From: Camelus ferus
Taxonomy: Eukaryota
Length of the DNA: 64,000 nucleotides
Assembly (NCBI RefSeq): GCF_009834535.1
Contig: NC_045697.1
Span: 6,264,001-6,328,000 of the forward strand
Reading direction: 5' to 3'
Shown here in pieces: positions 52,390-64,000 of this stretch (its first letter is position 1; each line of letters starts with the position of its first letter). Under the pieces are notes generated by a model. The model was not told where the DNA came from. It saw only the letters and a list, made by a program, of their open reading frames with translations, and did no database searches. The position numbers and the translations under genes are program-made.

Positions 52390-55300
52390 AGTTGGCTGAG
52401 GTGAATTGATGAACCTGACAAGCTAGGAAAACTCCTTGCCTGATGCTTTCTTCTGGTTCGGGGACAATGTCTGTAGCTTGTTGGCCGCCAGACACATTAC
52501 GTGGCAGGTGCCTGCCTTCATCGGGGGACACAGAACTCACCTCATCCTTGAGACTGGGTGTTTCCCTCTTTTATCTGCTCATCTAAAAATGGACGGTTTA
52601 CCTCTGAATTTGCTCCATCTATAAACCCAGTCCTGTGGCTCTTCTGCATGAATGGTTGTAGAATAAACGAGCTTTCTCAGGGTTTCATAATTCTGTGTGG
52701 TCCTCCATGCCCTAGGATGGACTTCATCATGAATTAAATGCTGGATATTCAAATGTCTCATTTTCAGTTTTTAGAAATGCTAATATCCAAGCGCAGTTTC
52801 ATTGCGCCCTTAGTGCTGCCTGAATAGAATCCAGACCTAAAGATGCGTCCCCATTAGCAAGGGTGACATTCTATAGTGAAAGAAATGGATTTTCTACAAA
52901 TGATACAGAGAACCGTCCGTTACCTCCTGCTACTCCTAGTGAAATCTGCTGTAGCCCAGTCAGATGAGCTGGCTGAGCACAGTTAACTACAGTCTGTGAC
53001 TCTGGGTGGGGTCCTGAACACAAATGTATGAATGTCCTGTCCCAGTCACTGCTTTGCACTTTGGACACTGGAGAGAGGGTGTCTGGGTGAGGGAAATGAA
53101 ACGCCTTGTCCCTTTGTCTTCCTCACTTAGCCTTGTCCTTTCCCGATGCCCTTTCAGAGTTCCTTTGATCTTCAACTACATTCATTGCTCCTACTGATCC
53201 CATATATTTTTACATAGTATTATATTTATGCTGAATATTTCATCTCTGTTTTGGGTCTATATATTCTTTGGGAAATACCTACCCCTGTGTCTTTGAGAAT
53301 ATTGAGTCTATATATCTTAATTTCTTGATCTATTAATCTTTCAATAGATTATAGGTTCTGTGTTCTTTAGAATAGGTGACCTTTAGGAATTTTCTTGAAT
53401 CTTTAGGTTCTTGTAGTGACTTTTTTCCCTGAGTGTGTATATTCAGTGAGATTCTAGATTAAAAATGTTTCAGTTTGCTGACTTAGGTATATCCACCTGG
53501 GTTGAATGCCATTTTGTACTGTACTTGGAAGCCCTAGGAGGCTGGGATGTCTCAGGTGGTCCTTCAAGTTTCCCCAGGGGAGGCAAACGACTAAATGCTA
53601 GCAGGTTAGAGTTATATGCCCTCTAATTTCTTTTCCTGAAAGCCTTTGTCACCAATAGTAATATGAATGTCCCAGACGGGTAGGGGACAGTGCTTATCAT
53701 GGACAACATTGTTCCTTTGTGTGCAGCTAAGGCTTGTCTGGGAGAGAATTCTGAAACCATCCCAGTCCTGATCTCACACAACTAGGAATGCTTGCATTTG
53801 CCCCCAAACGATGAGCCAGAGACATTTTTCTGGGCCAGAGAAAAAGCTGTTGGTCATACCTGCTGGGCATTAGCCCCTTACCAGTTTATTCTTAATGATG
53901 GTTTTCTGAGGTCCTGAAGAATGACTATGATAAAAGAAAAATGAACAGTACCAGGACTTTTTCATAAAGAACATGCTGTTTGTCAGTCAGTAGAGTGAAG
54001 GGTTTGCATCTCCTGGCAGCTCTGCTGAGCATAAGCCTGTGTGAATCAGGGACATCATTAGTCTCTGGAGTACGAAGAATCATGCATCTTAGTTCCTTGG
54101 GTAGTAAAGCTGCTGAGAATTAAACCAGTGGATTGAGAGAGGCTACTTGATCCCGAGGGCTGAAACCATTGTGAGTCTGGAGTGCTGTGATTTGTCTTAC
54201 AGAAGGAGGCATATCAAGTCATCCTGGACAGTTTTGTTGAAGAAAAGTTCCAGTTGTTCATGATTCCATGGGAACAGATTTCTGAGCTTGTAATAGACTC
54301 TTGGTGTATATTCTGAAATTTTCCTCACATCTTAGCATAGTTATAAGCCTGTTGGAGTCTTCTTTAATACTGGGCTTTGTAACGTAGTCTGGACATGTGG
54401 TAGCTCTGTTCAGTGGACACCTGATGGCTCCTAGCAAGGTGCTTCAGTTGCACTGGCCTTTGCTGACAGCTCCTCGTTACTTGATGTGTATGGGGCAGGT
54501 TTAGACTTTCACTCCAGCTACCCACCTTTGTCTCATTTGTCTACTGTTCCTGGGTCCTACTGCTGGTACCTGGTCACCTTGATGTTGTCATATTCAGGAA
54601 GGAAAGTTAATCCTCTCTTGGACAGAGTGAAGAAAACCTTAGGGTCAAATTTAATTGGGAAGTTGCAATATCCATGCTTGCTCTCTGAAACTTGTGTCAG
54701 TGGAAGATGAGAGCCCCTGTGTCTCTGTCCAGAGCTGAGATGAAAGGCTGCTGGTCTTCCATCAGCAAGATGGGGGAGCAGAAAGCTCACTCCCAATTCC
54801 TGTATTTCATCACTAACTCATATCTCTAGGAGAATCTCTGGAAACACTCATACCTGGATGACTGACTTCATTTTGCTGATTGAAGATGATCTGCCAATTA
54901 TAGTGGCAAAAATCCAGGTTTAGAAAACACTCAACAGATTGTGTGGTACTACATTGGCATAATACGACTGAGCATCTAGAGATTCATGTGCTCAGCATAC
55001 ATGGGTCTGTTTGGAGCAGTGAAGTGTTAGCTGCTTTCCTAGATAATCCCAGCATTGAAAGGTGGGACCTCAGGATGTACACTGTGAATTTTCTGGCACC
55101 AGCCATTTGGTGGTGATCATCCAACCCCTGGATGAATCGCCCAAGTTGTGGCTATTTCCCAGGACATCACAGGTCTTTTAACTTGGCATGTGACTTAGTA
55201 GTTTACCCTTCAAGGCCATCGTAGATTGAGGAGGTCCTTATTGGGATCTCAACTATTCCTACAAAGACAAGTTAGCACCGGTAATAATATACATTTTTTC

Positions 55301-56300
55301 TTGTCATTTTGATGCAGCTGCTTTGCCTTTCCTGCTATTTATTATTTAAGCTATCTTTGGGACTTTTCTCCTGTCTCACTATGGTCTTCCACCAACAGGA
55401 TATGAAGAATTTAGTTCTGATAATGTCCATGAGGAAGTGTTTGGCTGTTACGGTCTTATCGTGGCCATGAGGATGTTTCTTAGAATCCTTCCTTGATCAG
55501 AGATGTCAACATCTCTGGCCTTCCCCTGAACTTGAATGAATATACTGTAGATGAGCTGAGAATGAATCCTTTGGGGAAGGCAGTTCCTCTGAGGTAACCA
55601 AATTCCTTTTATGTGGACAGGAATCCTCCTGTGAAAGGGAAAGGAGGGTATGTCATTTCTCCCTAAATCTGACGACATGTGTGTGGAATCTGATGACAAG
55701 TATGCAGGGTCTTTTATCAGTTAAGTTTCCTCTTTAGCCACCTTTACTAACTGTGCTATGTTGCCTGATCTAGGAGGAGACTGGAGGGAACTGGCCTGAG
55801 AAGGAGATCTTAGGAAGTCATAGGGATTTGAGCTCATCTTGCAGTATGCGTGTTCCTTTGGGGTCAACTAGAGCAAAGATGATTTCCTTGCTATGACTCA
55901 TTAGCTGGGATCAGGTAATTAACCCACGCCGTGTGACCAGAACATATACTTCACCGTCAAGATCCTGCCTTTTAAAAGGTGGTGGTCTCACCTCCCTCAG
56001 TGTCCTCAGGCTGGAGGCCTGAGTGACCACCACTGGAAGCAGTAGAGAAAAATGAGAGGGGTGTGCCTGGAGTGTTCTTGCTGGTGTATTTCCTAAGAGG
56101 TATCCAGTGTGCTGGGACATCCCAACAAAAACCACTCTTGCATTTATGGTCCTATGCTGCATTTGAGGGGGAAAGAGATTCCTGGAAATCAAAGAAGACT
56201 GAAACATCCAGATCAAAGACCAGTCAGGGGGTACGTTTGGTCCCTCCGGTGCACCCACTCCCATTTGCCCCACGTTTTATAGGCTTCAACACCAGCCACA
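52390..56300. repeat. Array unit subtype A, copy 3
   Basis: Collinear with 28690-33480 (gtggcaggtgcc; cctgaaagccttt(g/gg)caccaatagt; anchors at 54046, 54717 and 54967; tgccttttaaa at ~55966 vs ~33079). Confidence 0.85.
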
Positions 56301-57069
56301 CAGATGGAGTGAGAAGTGGCTCAGAGTTAGAGTGATAGATGTCAGGTCTAGCTGAGAGATGCTTCCAGGTTTCAGACAGGAAGGGGAGATTAAAATTAGT
56401 CTTACTCTTTGCTGTGATTCCAAGTTAATGTTATGTCTCCTTTTATTTCCTTTTAACTTTATCTCTATCATTTTTCTTCCTCCTGATTCTCTACACGAAT
56501 GAATAGTTGACATGAATGAATAGTTAACGGTCCTCATTTTTTAAATAGAAAGTGAAACCTGAATGTCTCAGTTTGGATCTTTCAACTCTGAATAGACTAT
56601 AGACTTGGGCCAGATACTTTATTTGGAAGTTACCCAGGTAGCACACAGGTCATAGAGGTGAATATGAGACTAGAAGGGGATAACAGCCAGTAACAGGCAC
56701 AGAATTGAGCTGTCACCCCGCCCTGGGTATGGCTCATTCCTAACTGGACCCTGTGAAGAACCATGTGGAAAGTATCACAGGATGTCCTCCCTGGAAGGCA
56801 GCAGTCCAAGGATTCTCCCGCCAACTCCATCTACCTCACTGGTTGAGATATTTCCTTCCTGCATGGCTAACAAGGACCTTGTGCCTGTGCTGAGCTCTCT
56901 TGAGCTTTCTTGGGAGAAAGCTTTAGGACAGAACCTGACACACATCACAAGGTCGCCAGGTGAAATGTGGCAGCATGTGTGGTGCTGTCCTTCACAGATG
57001 TGCTGAGAACAAGGTCTAGAGGATGTGTTATGGAGCACCCCTACCTCTGCTACACACACCACCTATTCT

Positions 57070-60000
57070 AGAAGAATGCCAACCCTCCTGGGTTCTCCTT
57101 TCAGTAGAAAAGGGACACATAGGTCCATACTAGCAAGTCAATACATATACCATAGCTGTAGTCTCCAGTACCCATCTTGGGATGGCGTCTGTTCCTCTCC
57201 TGAGAAGAGGTTCTTCATAGACCTCTAGTCCCATTCCCTTGCTACCATCTCTGTCTCTCAGTAACATCAGACAGAATCAAATACCTTAGAATGCTGAGAA
57301 ATGAGATGTATTTGCTTACCCTGATTTATATGAGGGCTTTTGCTTTGTCTTTTCAAATACTTTTTTCCATCCAGGAATGAAAAATCATGTTGGTATATTA
57401 TCTAAAACTCAATAGGCGTTGGCCAAGAAAAAAATATTCTTGAAGAAATCTACAATATCTCATTCCTGCCTTGCAGTGGAATGGATATTGAGGTTTTAGA
57501 TTCCATTTCTGTGTGAATGTTTCAACGTATCAGTGAGTCATGTCTAATGTTAAACACTCATATGGGCATCCTCTTTTTCCAGGAATACACTTTGCTCTGT
57601 TGCTGTTCACTTAGGATTAGTTTATTATATAAAGAATATCACCTTTCAGTTTTTAGGTGAATTTCATGCACATTCCTTGAGCTTCTCAAACCTGTCATTC
57701 ACTTGAACATGAGCAAGTGATGCTCGTGTGCGGAGAGAAGAGTTTATTCCACATTGTGAAGTTGTATCCTCTCTGTAGCCCCATGGATTCTGGTGAAGCC
57801 TGGCTGGGAAGTGCTGCCTTCCCACTGAACCTTCAGGACTGAGTCAGAAGGCCGCGTGAAATGGGTTTGCCTGCATTGCCTACAATGTCTAACCTGAGGG
57901 AAGGGTTGGACTGGTGACTGGCCTGACAGACCAAGGTAAAAGGCTTCCCCAGCTGCCAGAGAGGTCTGACTTCGGTGTGTCATTCTCATCCGGTCAGCCC
58001 TGCTGGACACAGCCTAGGCTGTACTCAAGCATTTGTGTGATGGGTATCCTCGTTCTTTATGTATCAGAAAGATTCTGTGCATTCATGAGCATTTGTGAAG
58101 CTCTGGGTGAAGCCATTAACCGTGTGCATGTTCTGGAAGGGAGTTCAATTCTGATTTATTCCTGGTCATATTCACTGGATGTTGATCACATGGCAGCATG
58201 TATGACAGGCTTGGGCCACTCAGATCTTTCCCCTGAGCTCTCAGCTGGCCCTTTAATCATGTGAACTTGATCCCATGACAGTGCACTGTCTTCGTTGGTA
58301 TGGAGTCCATATCTTAATGTGGTGGTGACTTCTCGTGACTTCTTCCTTGATCTGTGGTTTCATTTTGCACAGGTTTTGGTTACTGTATCTGAAAATGTAT
58401 TTTAGGGGAGGAGATCAACCCTGAACATGTATCAGATCTCCATCCTGTTGAAGGATGGTCCACCTGGGTTTGATGTAAATCTATTTGTAAGCTGATGGAA
58501 TGCTGTTAGACCTTGAGTGTCAGACATGCTTTCTGGAAAGGGCACATAGGAAGTAAAGGATGCAGGAAAGCAGGAAGTTTGCACCGAGATGTCTTTGAAA
58601 TTTCTTTCTATGCCTTAGGCACCACCAGAACGTTGTTGTCTCAGACAGAATGAGGACAGAACTCATGATAGTCAGCAGTACTTTCTGCTCTGGGTTGCTG
58701 GATTCTGTCTGAAGAAATGGAACAGAATTCTGTAACTGTTCCAGTCACCACAATGTTACCCTCCCTGGACTTCACTGTATCCTATGAGAGAAAAAAGTGA
58801 GTACAGTGTATTTTCTGGGTTGAGATACTGCTACGCTTGTACCTTCTTTTCCAGACTTAACCATTTACTGGTTGTGCTGGGTGACAATTTTTTGGGGAAT
58901 GTGTTTCAGAAGTCCTGGAGGATGGGCACCATGGGAGAAAATCCAGAACTTTGAGACTGTGTGTCGGACAGACTTGCTGTTTATAGGTGCATGATGACAG
59001 GTGTTCCTTTTCTTGGGGCTCCTCTGCTGACCATCAGCAAATGTGAAGCAGGGACCTCTCAGGCCAGCTCTGAGCAGAGTTACTCCTATCACATCTTAGC
59101 TTCTCTGGCAGTAAAGTTTGAGGAGGTCCCAGTAGACCTGAGGGTCCATTTGATTCTCAGTACGCTGGACTCGTGTTGACCTCACTGCTGAGTCCAGGCT
59201 ATACATGGAGCAGGGGTATAATCCTTTCAGCCTGGACTGATTTCCCCTGGGAAAGAGTGTTTCCCACCATGAAAATATCTGGATTTGAATTCGAGTCCTC
59301 CTATCTGTTCTGAATTTTCTTCCTCCCCGAGAGTGTAGAACTTAACAGCGGTTCAGTATTTTCGTGGTGGGCTGCGATAATAGTCTCATTGAGTTAAGCT
59401 TGTATCAGTGCTGCCAGCTGAGTCTAAGTGTTTTTTTTCCTTTATTTTGCTGACATTTCCTTTACCATCTCAAAATTAAATGTCCAAGGATGGATGTTAG
59501 AAGTCTAGGTTTGCTCAGGCTGTTTTATCGTCACTACTGGTCCCTTGTTTTGATTTCTGTTGCTGATGACTGGTCATCATGATGTTTAGACCAGTGCCCT
59601 GTCAGAATGGAGGTTGAATTCTTTCTTAGCATAGGCTGAAGGATATCCTTGAGTCAAAATTAGCTGAAGTATGAGCACACCTATCTTAAATCTCTGGCAG
59701 TAGAAGACAGGACTTCTGTTTCTCTGTGCAAAGCTGGCACTGGCATGGAGACGCCAAGTGTCTTCAGAGGAAGGTAAGACAGCATGGGGCTCATTTCTGG
59801 TCCCTCAAGTCATCATGAACCCACATCTCTAGGAGTCGTCTCCTGAAACGCTTATGCTGGGCACCTGAGGATCTGGTACCCGACATACAAGTCATTACCA
59901 CGGGAAACACTCAGGAAAAATAGAAAAATGACTTTATCGTTTAAAGGTGAAAAAAATCTCTAATTGATGAGAATAGTTTTGAGACATCTCTCCAAAACAC

Positions 60001-61060
60001 ACAATCCTAATCTTCACAATCAAGAGTTCAGTGTAGGGGGAGCCTCTTCCTGTTAGCTACTGAGATGACAGCACCGCTCTTACTGTCTTCCCAGCAGTGA
60101 GCATCTGGGGACCCTGTGGCCAGGAAGAGTGGGTCTGTTGGAACAGTAAAATGATACCATTTGTGCTGGACACACCCCTGGGTCCATCCACTGGACCTCA
60201 GGATTTTAACCCTTTACATTTCTTGGGATGTGACATCAGATAGAGGTCTCATGCTAGTGTTGAATATGACATGTCAGTCACTGGGTGTGCCCCACACCGC
60301 CATACTGAAGACGGATGCTGGCTCCTAGCAGGTGGGACACTGGGGAGAGATGTGATCTGGGATGCTGGGATCATCTTCCATGGGAGGGTAGAATTGCATA
60401 AGTTGATCTGTCCCAGAAAATGGAGACCTAACAAGGTCTAGTGATCCCCAGCCATGTTTGCTGGCCATCCTGAGGTGGAGAATCCCATGGAGAATTCCAA
60501 ACAGGGGCAGCAGCCCCTCCAGGCGCCAGAACACATAGGCATCGCAGGGTCACAGGCATCAGAAATGCCAGGACCCACAGGGCAAATGCTTGCCGCTGTT
60601 CTGTTCTTCCTCTTCCCCATGTTCTTCCTCTTCCCCATGTTCTTCCTCCTCTGAAACAGTCTGGCCATGGCTTCTGACCGCTGCCCAATTCTGTGATACT
60701 GCTTTCTTCGTTTAATGTAATAGGGCTTGGTTTACCTGTCTATCAAGGTCAAGGTCGAGAGTTTCTCCAGGTATACAATCTGGGTGTGTGGGCTTGATGA
60801 GCACATCTTTCAATACTGTCAGCAGAGCCAAAGGGAGCCCACAGGGGCTGCATCGTTCTTACAGCTGAAAAGACTTCTTTGGGTATACAGTGGTTCAGTT
60901 AGTGGGGTCACTTCTAAATTGCTCTGTCTGCTTCAATTTCCTTTGACATGTGGCCTCTGAAGTCACCACCTTGTATAGGACACATCTTTCCTCAACTTGT
61001 TTCCCTTTGAGGGCAGAAAGCGTGGTTTTTACCCCTGTTGCTGGCTTGAGTAAAGATAAT
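57070..61060. repeat. Array unit subtype B, copy 2 (most complete), followed by module s
   Basis: Anchors at 57195, 57786, 58308, 58454, 59048, 59716 and 60097 in canonical order. Confidence 0.85.
60602..60648 (+). repeat. 18-bp tandem repeat x2.6
   Basis: (tgttcttcctcttcccca)2 tgttcttcctc. Confidence 0.9.
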
Positions 61061-61382
61061 ATTAGCAGTGGGCAGGATTCTAAGATGGCCCCAGGATCCC
61101 TGAGCCCTGGGGGTAAACTTTAGTAATTTAAGTCTTTGAATTTAAACTTCAAATATAGAAGCACAAATGCATTCAATGAACGCTGTTTATACCGTTTCAA
61201 TACTATAGGTTGGGAGGCTAAGAAGACATGTTTCTCATTTTATGACAGTTTTCTTCTTGATCAGGGCTGCCAGGGGAAGAATATTTATGAATCCTATTTT
61301 TTTGAAGTATAAAAGCAACCTCAGTGAGTTAGTATGGACTCCCCTGAACATGGAGTCTGAAATAAGGTATTCGGGCAGGAAC

Positions 61383-61815
61383 TGTGTTTATCTCCTATTA
61401 CTGCTCTGACAAATCACTAAGTTTCCACTTAAGTCAAAATCTAATCTGTCAGTTTTGGAGATTAGAGTTTGAAATGGGTGTCACTTGGATAAAATCAGGT
61501 TTGCTGGGTTGTGTTCCTTTTTGGTTTTCTAGAAGACGCTTTCTTTCCTTGTCTTTTCTACTTTCTAATGCTCCCTGCTTTTCATGTCGTGGGCCCCGTC
61601 TTTGATCTTCAGAGTCAGTACTTTTTTCTTCAAAGTTTACCTTTTATCTTGAAACTGCTCTTGCCTCCACTTCTGAATCCCCTCTTCTACTCTATCCCTT
61701 TAATCACCCTTGTGATTACATGGTGCCCATGGGCAACATCCAGGGTAATCTCTTTCAAGTCATCTGATTAGCAGCCTTAATACATCTGTGCCTGAGTTCT
61801 CCCTTGTCATATAAC
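61383..61815 (-). mobile_element. MaLR LTR (MLT1C/D-like), same insertion as 26093
   Basis: aaatgggtgtcacttggataaaatcagg...catctgattagcagccttaat; same upstream junction as the 26093 copy. Confidence 0.75.
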
Positions 61816-62109
61816 AGAGAGCCCAGAGAAGGGAGGAGCGAACCAGAGATGGCATGCTATGAGCAGCCACTGGATTGGGTATGATTGAGCTGGTCACCTC
61901 GACTCAGTCCCATAGGGGATCCTCTGAGGAACCATAATGCACCTCAGAATTGACTCAACCGAGGGACAAGAGTCCAGTCACTTACGGACTGCCCCTGTCT
62001 GCCACCTTGTTTGTGGTTACCTCCTAAGGTATCCTTCCCCTGTGCAACTGAGATGGGACTGTATGTACAAGGGGCCTGAGAAGGCAAGGTGTTGCAGGGC
62101 ACAGCCCGT

Positions 62110-64000
62110 GTGTCCTAGGTTTCCCTTTGAGCAGGACAGGTTCAGTGCTACTGAAGCAAGGTGTTCCCTCTCCAACCTCTTAGGAGAGGGGAAAAGCCCC
62201 CATCACAGGAAGAATTTTACAGGGTCCCTAGATCCCATCCAGACTTACCCCTACCTCTGTCTTCTACAAAGCCTGCCTGTATACCTTGGCTGCCAAAAGT
62301 TAACAATAATTAACTTCACTGTATTCGAAGCATGATTTCTCCTTAAAACTCGTTCTCTTCTAACACACACGCACACACACACACACAATAGATGAGAATG
62401 GGTTGTTTCAGGATGTATAATTAGGTGTATTTCATATGGTATATTTTCCTTCCTGTGGTCTGGGTTGCCAGGTCTTTTCCCAAGGCTTGAACCCCTTGAG
62501 ATCTCATATCTCTGGCACTTCGCACTGTTGTAAGATCATGTTCCAATGATGAATTCATGGGTCATGGACTCATATCTTACTGTGCTGGTACCTTCGAGTG
62601 CAGCCCTCCTTAGTCTGTGGGCTCCTTTTGCATGGGCTTTGGTTACTCTTCCCAAAAATATAGTTGGGGGGAATGGATCATCTCACAACATGTGTCAGAT
62701 CTCAGTCCTGTTGCAGGATGGTCCACTCGAGTTGCTGTAAATCTATTCGCTAAGCTGATGGGTGCTTGTAGACCATAAGGTATAGGGCGTACCTGCTGGA
62801 AATGCATGTAGGAAGTGCAGATTGACTATAGGAAGGCTTCAGCTGGGCGCTCCTTAACTTTATGGCTTTTGACACCGCCAGCAATAAGACTGACCCAGAA
62901 AAGCCGAGGGGACGGTGCTCATGATGGGTCCCTAGCAGAACTTTCTGCTTTGGCCAGCCAGGGACCAGTCTGGAAACGTGGAGGAGAATTCTGTGACTGT
63001 TCCAGTCACCACAGTGACGTTGAAGCTTGGGCTTCAGTGTATCTTGTGAGGTAACAACGTGAGTCTAGTGTATTTTCTGGGTTGGGATTTGTCCTAGGCT
63101 TGTCTTCCCAGACTTTTCCCTTCTCTGATTGTGTCTGGTGATACGTTTCAGGAAACATGTTTCTGAGTTCCTAGAGGATGGGTGCCACAGGAAAAATTTT
63201 CAGACCATGTCAGACAGACGTGCATTGCTGATGTGTGGTGACAAGGGTTCCACTTCTCTGGGCCGCCCTGCTGACCCATGAGCTACTGCGAGGCAGGGAC
63301 CTCACAGGCCAGCTCTGGGCAGGAGCGCTTTTGTCTCATCTTGGCTTCTCTGACAGAAGTTTGAGGAACACTTAGTGGATCTGAGAGTCTACGGTGATGA
63401 GCCAGTCTACTTGTCCAGACTACACCTGGATGTTTTTTTTCTTTTTCCCCTAGCCTGGACAGGGTTGCCCTGGGAGAGTGATTTGCATCAGGAAAATAAA
63501 TGTCTGGATTTGAAGTTGGGTCCCCATGTCTAATCTGACTTTCTCTTCCACCTGACAGTATAGACTTAATAGGATGTCTCAGCTGGCTGTATTCCTATCA
63601 GTGCTGTCAACTGTTTCCTAGAGATATTTTTGTCATTTATTTTTCTGACCTTAACTTCTTGTATCTCAAAAGTAAATGCTCAAGGATGGGGGCTGTGAAG
63701 TCTAGATTTACTCCGGCTATTTCATCTTGATTTTTACTGGTCACTGGTTCTTGGATTATATTGTTGGTGACTGGTTACCAGTGCACTGTCAGGAGGAAAA
63801 TTGAATTCTTCCTCAGCAAAGGCTGAAAGAAGTCTTCAAGTGAAAATTAACTGCCAGCCCTATATTGTTTTCTGAAATTTCTGTCAGAGGACAGGAGCCC
63901 CGTTCGTCTTTGCAAAGCTGGCAGGGGCACAGAGGCTGCATCTGTCTTCAGCAAGAAAAAAAGCAGGGGGCTCATTTCCAGTTCCTCAAGTCATTATGAA
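62110..64000. repeat. Array module b-c and subtype B copy 3 (runs off the window end)
   Basis: Anchors at 62571, ~62716, 63293 and ~63900; closely collinear with 58300-59820; (CA)n at ~62362-62387. Confidence 0.85.

Noticed and set aside
57743..57748. Conserved minus-strand AATAAA ending the unit
   Set aside because: Not present at the aligned position in most paralogs (33.89, 45.39 and 17.47 kb).
19297..60648. CRISPR-like or regularly spaced short repeats
   Set aside because: The short repeats (19297, 28473/28576, 60602) are simple 2-3 copy duplications without spacers; the context is eukaryotic.
28690..61060. SPATA31/FAM205 or GVIN1 pseudogene cluster as the identity of the unit
   Set aside because: Diagnostic motifs (QLFWGLPSLHSESL, RWGLP, GLQSSGKST) were not found in the frames I translated.
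1..64000. ORFs of 60-166 aa in the supplied track as genes
   Set aside because: Short, often non-ATG starts, overlapping on both strands, many inside TEs; no recognisable intact domain and not preserved between paralogous copies.

Overview
Placental-mammal genomic DNA, probably laurasiatherian (inferred from the L1 3' ends, the LTR types and the FTL 3' UTR; no Alu, B1/B2, CAN-SINE or Bov-type SINE recognised). I find no intact protein-coding gene, RNA gene or CRISPR array. The first ~24 kb holds ERVL (LTR16/ERV3-16A3-like) relics, an FTL processed pseudogene, ERV1 LTRs, an ERV1 gag relic, L1 fragments and a ~4.5 kb local duplication (12.2-17.0 kb vs 19.6-24.2 kb). From ~16 kb to the window end, most non-TE sequence is one ancient, degenerate, same-orientation tandem array: at least 6-7 shuffled copies of a multi-kb unit of unknown origin, in two subtypes. 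The unit shows hints of decayed minus-strand coding sequence. Nested MER44, MLT1 and LTR33-like insertions suggest the array is very old. The + strand looks T-rich and most insertions lie antisense to it, which fits (as inference only) a long + strand germline non-coding transcript such as a pachytene piRNA cluster. All alignments were done by eye, and repeat subfamily names come from memory of consensus sequences.
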